Shown: positions 27,519 through 40,299 of the stretch, piece by piece
Layout: every line of letters begins with the position of its first letter
How positions within the stretch are numbered: the first letter of the stretch is position 1
Source: Octopus vulgaris
Taxonomy: Eukaryota
Assembly: GCA_951406725.2 (NCBI GenBank)
Contig: OX597819.1
Location: 35,650,001 to 35,714,000, forward strand
Direction: 5' to 3'
Length of the DNA: 64,000 nt
Notes under the pieces: model-generated
The model's database searches: none
What the model was told of the DNA's origin: nothing
Seen by the model: only the letters and a program-made list of their open reading frames with translations
Made by a program: the position numbers and the translations under genes

Positions 27519-27990
27519 AATTATTGTATACAGTGATCAGGTGCACCACAATTTGTCAGAAAGTGCATATAAAGTATATGCAGTAATGTACAAATGTCTG
27601 GGAAGTGAACAGTGTATAAGTCAGATACATGCTTGCGTGTGTATGGAGGCAAGAAAATCAGGTGTAGTGTTGGCGAATCTCAGGAAGCATGGAAGTTTTG
27701 AAGGATGCAGTGCTCTGACAACTAACAACTGATGCCAACAGTTTGTTCCATGCTTCAGCAACTCTTAGCATGAAAAAATGTTTCCGAAAGTCATGGGAGC
27801 TGTGCTGTTTTCTGACTTTGTGAACATGTCCGCGGGTGTTAGAAAGGTGGAGTTTGAAAAGGTGCTCAGAGTTATTGTTTGTAAGATGGTTAATAATTTT
27901 ATGGGTGTCTGCCAAGTCAGCTGCCAGACGTCAGAGTTTCACTGTGTCCATGCCCAGGGAAGTAAGGCATTCAGAATATGGCAGATGCCA
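27483..27990 (-). mobile_element. CR1/L2-group LINE 3' end
   Basis: LFKLHLSNTRGHVHKVRKQHSSHDFRKHFFMLRVAEAWNKL (TRGH..K / FF..RV...WN.L motif) followed by a short UTR and (ATT)n tail. Confidence 0.8.
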
Positions 27991-28603
27991 TAAATTATAA
28001 TCCTTTAATGAAATTTTAACATCTAAACCAAATGTAAAAATATTAAAACAACAAAAATGCTAAATTTAATGTTAGTGTTTAAAAACTAGTTCAGGAAAAA
28101 CTGGGATATTTACTAATGGTGGAAGGGGATTTGCTACTACAAAAAAAGAATTAAATTTATTGTGGAGTCCCTGTCAACACAAAATTTGTGGTTAACTCTT
28201 TAACTGTGAAATTAAATTTCATGGTTAATTCAATAATGATCTTAAATATATACCAAAAATTAGAATTGGTATTTTCAGCAAGTTACTTGCCTCAATAAAC
28301 TTGACATATTTCAACAAAAAATAGTTTCAAACATGATATTTCTCAACAAAAGATAAATTGGTAAATAATACTGCTTTCCTCAGTTAAGGGTAATGAAATT
28401 TTGAGAGGATATATCTGATTTCTACAGTAAAAGGTTTAAAACAATAAATCAAAGTGTAGAATATAACAATGAATTGTAAAGTTAGTGTTAATATATTTAG
28501 TGTAAAGGAACATAAAAAAATGTAATGAGAAGTAATTATGTGGTAAGAAGACAAAATTAGCACAATGACTACTATTAATTAATTCTTTTAACTCCAGACA
28601 CAT

Positions 28604-28926
28604 TTAACTTTTTAGCATTGAAATTACTGTCAAATGTACTGCTTATTTATTCACTTTTGAATTAATCATGCATTATCACATGGCTTTGACATTTCGATGA
28701 TATAATTGTTTATTTTTAGAATGATTTTTTAGGGTAAATATGAGACTTACCCTACAAAATCATTCTAAAAATAAACAATTACATCATCGAAATATCAAAG
28801 CCATGAGATAATGCATGATTAATTCAAAACAATGTGAATTAGATAAAGTCTGAGTATGGCCAGTTTGGATATAAAACAGGTAGAATATATGAACCTGATT
28901 TGTTGGTTTAAATGCTAAAGGATTAA
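28604..28926. mobile_element. TTAA-flanked MITE with internal fold-back (83-bp arms 28655-28737 / 28747-28829)
   Basis: Ends ttaactttttagcatt...aatgctaaaggattaa; a non-rearranged relative lies at 31062-31484. Confidence 0.7.
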
Positions 28927-29752
28927 ACACTATCAGCTCTTCATAGTGATTCATAAGCTTTATCTTAATTATCAAAATAGTTATCAGAGATCACTAAGTA
29001 GAAATATATTTTATATGAGTAGGCATGAAAAATTAGCATTTTTTTTAAAAAAAAGAAACAAAATTATGTTAATTTCTCAGAGATGTCTTTCACATGAAAA
29101 CCAACAGTAAATTTCATGTTAACAAATGTCATGAGTATTTTTTCTGACACTTGGTGCTCTGAGTTCAAATCCTGTCAAAATCAAATCTGCTTTTCTTCCC
29201 TTCACAGTTTGATAAAAAATATCAGTTCAGGGTTTCGGATTCATGTAACTGTAAGAACATTAGATTGGATGTCTTGTGGTATTTGTGCCAGTGCTTTGTG
29301 TTTTCAGTTCAAAGCCTGCTATGATCTACTGGTAGACTCAATCCGTGGATGGTAGACTAAATCTTTTGCCTAGTTTAATACCATGATTAACTGAATAGTC
29401 TAGTTGCTTTTGATGTAAAGAGATCTATGTGATTCAGTGTTCTACACCAGTATACTCAAACAGACACTAATATATATCACTCTCATTGATCAACCTCAGC
29501 TTACAATAAAGGCATTTTCCCCAGAGATCCTGAAGTGTGACAGGACATGAAACTATATGGCTACACAATGAACGTTTTAAGCAGATGAATATGCTTGCAT
29601 CTGTCTTGGATATGTATAATTTCAGTAATCGTAAAAGCACTCTTTACACTCTTGTAGTGGTTGGTGTTAGAAAGGGCATCCAGCCATAGAAACCATGCCA
29701 AATCAGACTGGAGTCTGGTGAAATCCAAGATGCTGGCAGAGCAGCAGAAGCG

Positions 29753-30110
29753 GTGGAGGTGCAATGGCCCAGGGGTTAGGGCAGTGGACTCGCGGTCGGA
29801 GGATTGTGGTTTCGATTCCCAGACCAGGTGTTGTGTGTGTTTATTGAGCAAAAACACCTAAAGCTCCACGAGGCTCCAACAGGGGGTGGTGGCGACCCCT
29901 GTGGTACTCTTTCGTCCCAATTTTCTCTCACTCTTTCTTCCTGTTTCTTGTACTCGACTTCCTACACAACCGCAGAGCCTGGATGCGCATTCATCCATCC
30001 GTTGATGCTCTCAGTGTCAGGGGTTGACCTGCTTTCTCTTCTGTGGGTCTTATGAATAGCAAAGGACCACGTTTCTGACCACTTGGACCGAACCGATCAA
30101 CAGCAACAGC
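29753..30110 (+). mobile_element. tRNA-derived SINE family C variant
   Basis: ggaggtgcaatggcccaggggttagggcagtggactcgcggtcgg...gtttcgattccc head. Confidence 0.85.
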
Positions 30111-31061
30111 AGCAGCAGCAGAAGCAACTCCATATGGAAATTGCTCATGACATACTGGACTATGCAAACCACATATAATGTCACTATATTGTTGACATTG
30201 GTAGTACTGCTAAAGTGGTTGCAAAACAGGCTTCCTAACCACACAACCATGCTTGTGTCTACAGATGGAAACAATGGCAGCATGCATTATTTCTGTGATC
30301 TTTCTTGCTTAATCCCAGGTAACAAATACTATTTCTCTTTGTTCTTTTTATATGGTAGCTGGAAAAGATTTGAAACTCAAAGACCATAACAACAATATAT
30401 TGGACTTCTGGTTTCTAATCTGTAAATGGTGCCATGATTGAGGATAGTAAAACATTATCGATTACTTCTGTCATGCAGATAGCATATTCATGAAAGACAA
30501 ACAGTAGGTAGATTTATATATTTATATGTATGTAGGAAGATTAGTTTTGATATGCTAGAGGTGTCTGCATGTAGATATCACAACTGCTGTGATAGATATA
30601 TATCATATCGTATTTATTTTTATTATTCCTTTGTTGTTTGGACAATGTTGCATATCTACATAAGAATTTATTTCTATATACATTTGTCCAGGTATTGAAT
30701 AAAAAAAAACAAAGAAATACCTTGAACATTATTCAATTTCTTGTCATTGTATAAAAATTCAAAGAGAAATATAAAAGAACAATGAATATCTAAATATAAA
30801 TATATTCAATAACGTAGTTTGGTTTTTTCTGCATTGTTTGTTATTTAAATCATTACATATACAAATAAAACAATCATTTAAAATAAAAATCTTCATTTGT
30901 TGATAGATTTCTCAATAATTACATCTACTAGAGTAGTAGAGAAGATCAAAGCAGTAGAATGTTGGATTTGATATATTAAAATATCTAATTTTTTCCCCCT
31001 TCACATTCTCTATAGAAATCCTGATTACAAGATGGTATCGACTTTGACTTTCATTACTCTA

Positions 31062-31484
31062 GACCTTTAGCATTTACACTGGCTATATCTGGTCTAAATA
31101 TTCTGTTTTAAGTTCAAAGCAGCTAGATCTGGGCTCTCATAGCTATCTTTCTATGTCATTCTAAAAGTAAACAATCACATCATCACAACCTTGAAGCCAC
31201 GCCGAGCGAAATGCTCATCGGTATTTCGTCTGCTGTTACATTCTGAATTCAAATTCCGCTGAGGTTGACTTTGCCTTTCATCCTTTCGGGGTCGATAAAT
31301 GAAGTACCAGTTACGCACTGGGGTCGATGTAAATGACTTAATCCCTTTTTCTGTCCTTGTCTGTCCCCTCTATGTTTAGCCCCTTGTGGGCAGTAAAGAA
31401 ATATATTAGAAAATGCATGATTAATTGCAAACAATGTGAATATATAAACATTACAAGTAAAAGAGTAATTTGAATGTTAAAGAG
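31062..31484. mobile_element. MITE (family of 28604) interrupted by SINE family B at 31201-31403
   Basis: cctttagcattta...cattctaaaagtaaacaatcacatcat [SINE B] aatgcatgattaatt...tgaatgttaaag. Confidence 0.7.
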
Positions 31485-32001
31485 CCAGAGTTTATAGAAT
31501 ATGTAACAAAAAGAGACTGAAGATTTTCCATTTGATTATATTGCAAGATGCCTGTTTCTATCCCTCTATCATATTTTCATCACCTGGTATCAAGCCACCT
31601 CCCTCACTACTGCAACATCTACTTCAGTTATTTGGTGACCTCACTAGTTCTATTGCCATGTAAAAAAAATACTTAGTTCCGGCTGTGAAGTGGCTGATGT
31701 AAGGAAGGGCATGCAGCTGTAGAAACTGACAATGATAATGACGACAATGACAATTATGATGTTGATGATGGTGATGGTGGTGATGGTGGTGGTGGTGGTG
31801 GTGGTAATATTCTTCTTCCCTTGCCAGAATTGGCTTTGTGACTATTCAAGAACAATCAAGATTCTTTGTTACTGTGGCATGTTTACTTTTCATACATTTT
31901 CAGGCCATTCATTTTGAGTTAGTCCTCATGGCATGTGTGTGCACACTCACATACACATGCATGCACACTCACACACAGACACACACACAGACACACACAC
32001 A

Positions 32002-32062
<61 letters not shown>

Positions 32063-33089
32063 TTTATGAATTGAGTCGATTTTTTTGGCTTATATAGATG
32101 CAGTATAGCAAAATATTTCAGTAGTTCACTTGGAAACTACTTAATCCTGAGACTGTTCACACTGCACAGTGTCTTGTGTGAATGTCACTTTCTGGTGGGC
32201 CCATACCTAGTGAGTGAAACTTGGTTGATGGAAACTGTACAGAAGCCCATCAGATCGATTGTATCAGTAGTTCAAAAGGCACAGCCTTGTTACACTGAGT
32301 CACACTGATTCTGACCAAGAATTACATTAAGGATAAATATGCCTATTAAATGCATGGCTATTTATATGCTTACTCAGTGAGCAGGTAATCGAGTTGCTTA
32401 AACCATTGAAATCTCATTGTCAAAACTGATGGAGGAACATTTCTTTACTGGTAAATAATTCCACCTTGACTAGTTTCTTTGTTTTTTCTTTCTAAAATAA
32501 CATTTTTTTTACTGCATTCAATTTTAGTCCACTTTGTTCTGAGTTCAAATCATGCACAGGTCGATCATTTAAGAGCTACCAAAGTACAAGTGTTTAACTG
32601 ATTCTTTCCTGATATTGACATTTGTCTTACAGCATTCCAGAATAACTCTGTTCATCATTGATTCCTTCCTGCTTTTAGTCATATATTTTTAGTAGTTAAA
32701 ATTTCATATTTGAGGTAAAATAATTATATCCTATCCATGTTTCCAAGTAAAAATATTATTATTATAATTAAGAATATCAGTGGTTAGGTTAGAGGACAAC
32801 TCAATGGTTACTTTGATGTGTGTATTGACTGTAATTATAGAACAGAAACAAAAGTGGTAATTAAATTTCTGGAATGTTTAGTAGTACAATTGATTAAGTT
32901 ATCTTAAAGACAAACTTGTGAAAACTAATTGGCAAACTTTACAATCTGATAAGATCAGGAATAAAACTGGTTTTGTTTGCTTAGAAAATAAAAGTGAAAA
33001 AAAAAAAGCAAAAAAAAAAAAAAACCCCCTGTAATGACTGAAAATCAATTTTAGTAGAAGAACATTATTCTAATATAAATTATAAGTAA

Positions 33090-33592
33090 ATGGCTGTGTG
33101 GTAAGAAGCTTGCTTCCCAACCAAATGGTTCTGCATTCAGTCCCACTGTATGGCACCTTGGTCAAGTGTCTTCTGCTATAGCGTTAGGCTTACCAAAACC
33201 TTGTGTATGGATCTGGTTGATGGAAATTGAAAGAAGCTTGTTTATATATATATATATATATATATATTTAAATAATAAGGGTGAAAAACTGAATATTAAT
33301 TTGATTAATATCAATTTAAAACCAGTGCCCTAGCATATTGAAAAATCTGAAGATTTAAAAAAATTATATTACATACATATAAGAGAGATAACCACTAAGT
33401 GGACATCCATTATGATAGAGGTAGATCCCATATGTTCTGACCATTAAGAAAAGATTGTTCTCAAGAAAATTCAGCAAACACCAGACATTCTGGCATTTGC
33501 TGAATTTTCTTGAGAACAATCTTTTCTTAGTGGTCAGACCATATGGGATCTGCCTCTAGCATAATGGATGTCCACTTAGTGGTCATCCCCCT

Positions 33593-33624
<32 letters not shown>

Positions 33625-33654
33625 TGTATGTATGTATGTATGTATGTATGTATG

Positions 33655-33717
<63 letters not shown>

Positions 33718-33955
33718 GTATAAATCTGTGTATGTGTCTCTTTGTGTTTTGTTTGTGCCCCCATCACTGCTTGAGAAGCAGTGTTAGTTTGTTTACATCT
33801 CCGTAACATTATGGTTTGACAAACGAGATCAATAGAATAACTACCATGCTTAAGAAAAGAAGTCTCAGTTGTTGATTTATACAACTAAAGTACTTGAAGG
33901 CAGTCATCCAGCATGGCTGCAGTCAAATAACTGAAATAAGTAAAAAAATAAAAGA
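33090..33955 (+). mobile_element. SINE family A split by an insertion in its internal (TA)n
   Basis: Head at 33090-33240, tail at 33730-33955, with a hairpin element between. Confidence 0.75.
33370..33604. repeat. Fold-back hairpin, ~116-bp arms, 3-nt loop
   Basis: Centre ccaga-cat-tctgg; under 10 mismatches; shares tttgctgaattttct with the 50381 hairpin. Confidence 0.9.
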
Positions 33956-34237
33956 TAAATTTCATATTAAAAGCTTTCCAGTTACTTATTGGGGAGTAAT
34001 GGGGAAGTAGGCAAGAGCTTTCATGCAATACTGATGTAAAATATACACAAAATGTGGCCTATGAGGATGATGAAAGACTGTATAGAAAACAGGGGAAAAA
34101 AATTAAGGACATAGATGTGCTCACCTCTCTTCAGTTATCAACCAAAAGTCATCACAATTTCAGTACCTTATCAATAGTATTGTGATGAGTGAACATGAAG
34201 GACAGAATGAGACAAGTACCAGAAAAAAAAGACATTT

Positions 34238-34292
<55 letters not shown>

Positions 34293-34412
34293 GACAGGAT
34301 CTCTAGACTGAACAACAGAAAAGATGAGCTACAAGGAGAACAGCAATAAAATATAAAAAAAAAAATCAAAGACAGGGAAAAAAACATAATAAATGAAACA
34401 AGCACATATATA

Positions 34413-34455
<43 letters not shown>

Positions 34456-34601
34456 TGTATATACATATATATACATATATATATACATACATATATATAT
34501 ATACATATACATCATCATCATCATCGTTTAACGTCCGTTTTCCGCGCTAGCACGGGTTGGATGGAGAAAGATAGGCGCTGCCCCAATACGTATATACATA
34601 C

Positions 34602-34666
<65 letters not shown>

Positions 34667-34705
34667 TATAATATGTATGTATATATATATATATATATAT
34701 GTATA

Positions 34706-36047
34706 TAAGGGCCTTTCTATGGAAAATACTTAGCAAACTTGGATGTCCGGATCATTTTGTATCTATAATTAAATCATTTCATGATGGGATGGAGGCTTGG
34801 GTCAATGTTGGTGGTGCCATGGTGGGACCCATTCCTGTAGAGAATGGTGTCAAGCAGGGTGACATCCTTGCCCCAACTCTCTTTTCTTTGTACTTTGCTG
34901 CTGCTTTTACTCATGCTTTTGCTAAGGTTAGCTCTCTGGGAATATATGTCAGATATTGATCTTCTGGCCGCCTCTTTAATCTTCACCGATTTGCTGCCAA
35001 TTCAAAGGTTTCCCAGTCTATTATTTGTGACCTCCTTTATGCAGATGACTGTGACTTAGTCACTCATACAGTGGATGACATGCAAATACTCATGAATTGC
35101 ATTTCTGCTTCTTGCAGGGCATTTGGACTCAGCATTAGCCTGGACAAGACTGTTGTAATGTTCCAGCCTGCACCAGGAAATCCATATATAGAACCAGCTA
35201 TCTTGGTTGAAGGAACAATTCTGAAGGTAGTAGACAAGTTTGTCTACCTGGGCAGCACACTCAGCCGTTCTTGCTCCCTGGATGAAGAAATATCTTTCAG
35301 GTTGCAGAGAGCAACTAATTCCTTCCGGTCTCTTTAGTCTCGTGTCTGGTCCCAACATGGCATCGCAAGGAGAACAAAAGTTGCTGTGTACCGTGCTTGT
35401 GTACTGACATCGCTTCTCTACTCATGTGAGACATGGACTCTGTACAAAGGTCAGGTAAGGGTCCTTGAACGTTTTCATCAGAGATGTCTCATACGCATTC
35501 TCATTGTTGGCTGGACCTCAAAAATTCCAGACACACAGATCCTGAGGACAGCTGATATCTTGAGTATTGAGGCGATGGTACACAGGCACCGGTTGCATTG
35601 GACTGGACACCTTATTAGAATGGAGGATAGAAGGATTCCTAAGCAGATGCTCTATGGAGAACTTGTGAATGGAAGGAGACTCCAGCAGAAACCAAGGCTA
35701 CGATTTAAGGACTATGTCAAGTCCTTGTTAAAGGCTTTTGATATACAGGACACTGACTGGGAGAACAATGCCTGTCATCGCCACAGATGGAGAAAGCAGG
35801 TTAAGGAGGGGATCGACACTTTTGAGAGAGCACATATCCAGTATGAAGAACTTAAGCGAGCTGTGCGAAAGCGCATGGCTCGTATAGTGAATGGGGAAAG
35901 CTTGGTCTGCAATGTTTGCAGTCGTGTATGCTTGTCAAGAGCAGGGCTAATTAGCCACCAACGGAGCCGCAAATGCAAAATATAAGTTAGTCCTAGAGTG
36001 CACAATGTTCCTGAAGGTCGGCAATGGTCTTCCTCGGTCACGAGTGG

Positions 36048-36057
<10 letters not shown>
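34706..36057 (+). mobile_element. 5'-truncated RTE-clade (BovB/RTE-1-like) LINE: RT domain, post-RT region and C-terminal zinc finger
   Basis: One reading frame with two in-frame stops (34957, 35335): GVKQGDILAPTLFSL, LLYADDC, FVYLGS, LLYSCETW, RLHWTGHLIRMEDRRIPKQMLYGEL, CNVCSRVCLSRAGLISHQR; flanked by (TA)n. Confidence 0.95.
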
Positions 36058-36130
<73 letters not shown>

Positions 36131-37518
36131 AGGAGGTCTTTTGGCTACATGACAGAGTTAAGATAAAACATGTGCAAAGGCAACGCTAATTGAAAAGAAT
36201 GTGGCCCCCACAGACTGGAAATGATGCATGTGAAGAAACAAGATAAAACATACACAATATTATATATATATATAATCAATTGTATTAATGAATTAATATA
36301 TTGTAAGTTGCACACATTGTGTGTTTGTAGAAGAAGCTGGCAGAGGTGGAGTAATCTAATAAATCAGACTTTAAAGATTAGAATGTTGTGTTTATGATTA
36401 GGCTAGTTGTCTTACAGAATACATGGCAACCTTACTTATGTTGATATCATGAATGATAAAAATGCACCCAGTACATTCTGTAAAATGGTTGGTAGGTAAA
36501 TAGGAATGGTGTAGGGTCAAGAGGTCTTTCTTAGCATTGTTGCAGCCTTGACAACTTCCTTAGTGCTGGAATCACAATAAAAAGTGGCTAATACTTCTTG
36601 TAAATTGGTTGGTGATAAGAAAGAGTAAGCAACCATAGAAACCAAGCCTAGGGTGAAGTGCTTGAGCAAGACTTAGCCCTCTAACCAGTCTATTTGGGCA
36701 GTAACTCTTGATAAGAATCAACTTGGACTATAACGACCTGTCCAACCATGTCAGCACAGAAAGTCAATGTAAAATAATGATGATGATGATGATGATGATG
36801 ATTACTCTAACAGAGATGATAACGATGGTATAACAATAATGATGATGATGACGATGGCTTATGATGACGACAATAATGATGATGATAGTGATGATCATGA
36901 TGATGCCGATGATGGTGATGGCTATGACGGTCTTGATGCTGATGCTCATGATGATAATGATGGTGAGATAATGATGACACTGATGATGATGGTGATGGTT
37001 ATTAGGAGGAAGACGATGATGATGAGAAGAGGAGAAAGTAGCATTAAATTCTATTGAAAGTTTTAGCAACAAGTTTACCTAACTGAGACAAATACTAATG
37101 ACAGAATGAAGTTTTTCAGATGTCTTCAAGAAGATGAAAGCCAGGTGGTATTTAAAACTGCAAGACAGAGCAGAGAAAATTAGAATTAAATAAAAATATC
37201 ATTATAGAAAACAATAAAATTTATTGATAGAAAAAAATAAAGAAAATAGAAAAAAACCCTGAAATAATTACATCATGATAAAATGATAAAGATAAACATT
37301 TTAATCACACAGAACCTGTTAGACTTTCATATGGTGAGAAAATGTGTTTGTAAGTGACTACACTCGCACCTACGGCAGTTAGAGAAAATATGGTACAAGC
37401 TGCTTAGTCAAGCACCAGTGTGAGTGATGGCTATGCATGCATGAATACATACATACATACGCATATACATATATATACATACATATGCACATACATATAT
37501 ACATACAAACATACATAC

Positions 37519-37592
<74 letters not shown>

Positions 37593-37625
37593 AATATTAT
37601 TATTACTACATTATATATATATATG

Positions 37626-38035
37626 GGAGGCGCAATGGCCCAGTGGTTAGGGCAGTGGACTTGCGGTCGTAGCATCGCGGTTTCGATTCCCAGACCAGGC
37701 GTTATGAGTGTTTATTGAGCAAAAACATCTAAAGCTCCATGAGGCTCCTGCAGGGGGTGGTGGCGATCCCTGCTGTACTCTTTCGCCACAACTTTCTCTC
37801 ACTCTTTCTTCTGTTGGCCTGCTCACTTACTCCCCGGCAATCAACCAGCCGCACATAACTCGGCGCACTCGTGCACTCGACTGAGAACTCTTGAAAGTGA
37901 AATCGCCGCTTTGTGCCTCGTCGATAACACACGGACACACACACTCGTGGTCTTCGTCATACTCAGACTTACTCCCAGCGATGTGTAGCAACATCTGATA
38001 GCCTAGTCGGTCACGATGATATCACGGTGACAGTG

Positions 38036-38038
<3 letters not shown>
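37626..38038 (+). mobile_element. tRNA-derived SINE family C with a foreign internal segment
   Basis: tRNA-like head and standard tail; 37835-37976 replaces the usual body. Confidence 0.85.
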
Positions 38039-38098
<60 letters not shown>

Positions 38099-38626
38099 GA
38101 TAATTTTATAACTTCATTAGACCGAAGTGCAAAAATAAAACTAGGACTGCCGCTTGAAGTGCTCAGGTGATACCGAGGTGAAAGGAGAAATAAGTTGAAA
38201 GGTATAATGATGGAACATTCCAATGGGTCAGAACAACTTTATATCATTCCCAAATTATCAAAAATTGAATATGCATATATGCATACATACATGTACACAC
38301 ACACACACACATATTTTGCACACTATAAGCATATAAGTTGTGGACTTGTGATATCATTCCTCTCTGATCCTGTTTGGGTATGTAATGCTGATAAGTCACA
38401 AAAATAATGAGTCATTGATATCCATCACTCCTGGATGGGATTAAAGGAGAGTTACCTTACCTGTCCATGACTTTCAGGAATTTTAACACCTGGTGCTTTG
38501 GGAGAGTATTCTCCACCAAGCTAAGTAGTCACAGTCTACCTGCAAACACATGAAGCATGTATACATCTATATGTATGTATATATATAAGTATGATATGTG
38601 TATATATATATATATATATATGTATG

Positions 38627-38658
<32 letters not shown>

Positions 38659-38723
38659 GTAGGTCCCGGGTTGATTCGGGGTTAACCACAGTAAGTAAGG
38701 TACTCAATACATAGCAGAGTAAA

Positions 38724-38848
38724 ATTAATTTATTATATAGTAGGAGCTTCTACAGGACTAGTACTGTTTCATTCAAGAGAAATCTTCAGGAAGATTTCTC
38801 TTGAATGAAACAGTACTAGTCCTGTAGAAGCTCCTACTATATAATAAA

Positions 38849-38853
<5 letters not shown>
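38724..38853. repeat. Perfect 130-bp palindrome (64-bp arms, 2-nt loop) containing a truncated hammerhead core
   Basis: Minus strand CTGAAGA-tttctcttgaat-GAAAC agtacta GTC-ctgtag; one arm also appears at about 478-517. Confidence 0.9.
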
Positions 38854-38888
<35 letters not shown>

Positions 38889-39111
38889 TGTATGTATATA
38901 TAAATTATTAAAGTGGCTACTCACAATTTAAAACCAAAAGGCACAATCATATATGTCCCTAAAAGTAACTAAGGGTGCAAGTAAGCACCATCGTTGCTAG
39001 AAATAAGAGTTAAAACAACTCTTAGCTACAAACAGAACATTTTCTGTTACAAAAACACTTATCTATTGACTCACAAAGGAGACAAGCTCCCTAAGCAAGC
39101 AAGGGCGTCAT

Positions 39112-39527
39112 ATACTCTTTACTCTTTTTACTCTTTTACTTGTTTCAGTCATTTGACTGTGGCCATGCTGGAGCACCGCCTTTAGTCGAGCAAATCGACC
39201 CCGGGACTTATTCTTTGTAAGCCCAGTACTTATTCTATCAGTCTCTTTTGCCGAACCACTAAGTAACGGGGACGTAAACACACCAGCATCGGTTGTCAAG
39301 CAATGCTAGGGGGACAAACACAGACACACAAACACACACACATACATATATATATATATACATACATACGACAGGCTTCTATCAGTTTCTGTCTACCAAA
39401 TCCACTCACAAGGCATTGGTCGACCCAGGGCTATAGCAGAAGACACTTGCCCAAGATGCCACGCAGTGGGACTGAACCCGGAACCATGTGGTTGTTTAGC
39501 AAGCTACTTACCACACAGCCACTCCTG
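39112..39527 (-). mobile_element. SINE family A
   Basis: Colinear match to 6127-6537. Confidence 0.9.
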
Positions 39528-39804
39528 TGATTTCAGATCAAGTTAATCCTCATTGGTGACGTTACTACAGTGCCTAGGGTTAAAGGTAACTGACCTTGCC
39601 AGTTTGTAGAAAATACTGTCCAAATCATTTGCTGATTCAGTACAATGGTAAAGTGATAATTATAAATTATTAAAGTAGCTAGTTGCAATTTAAAACCAAA
39701 AGGCATTTCTTTTATTCTTTTATTCTTTTACTTGTTTTAGTCTTTTGACTGCGGCCATACTGGAGCACCACCTTTAGTCGAGCAAATTGATCCCAGGACT
39801 TATG

Positions 39805-40260
39805 TTGATTTAAAATTTTGGCACAAGGCCAGCAATTTTGAGGAAGGGATTAAGTCGATACATTGACCCCCGTACCTAACTGGCACTTATTTTATCAACC
39901 CTGCAATGATGAAAGGCTTAGTCGACCTTGGTGGAATTTGAACTCAGAATGTTAAAGATGGATGATCTGCCATTAAGCATTTTGCTCAGTGTGCTAGCTT
40001 GTCACCTTATGACTGTAAATATATTATTATTTATAAGACACAAGGTGGCAAGCTGGCAGAATCATTAGCATGCTGGATGAAATGCTTTGCGGTATTTTGC
40101 CTGTTTGTTACATTCTGAGTCCAAATTCTGCTAAGGTTGACTTTACCTTTCATCCTTTTGGGGTCGATAAATTAAGTACCAATGAAACACTGGGGTCAAT
40201 GTAATCGACTAGTCCCCTCCTCTAAAATTTCAGGCCTTGTGCCTTTAGTAGAAAGGGTTA
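39805..40260. mobile_element. Two SINE family B copies in opposite orientation (39805-40008 minus, 40043-40260 plus)
   Basis: Both match 55728-55960. Confidence 0.8.
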
Positions 40261-40299
40261 TTTATAAGAAGCACAGAAAATCTTGAAAAATGGTGAAAT

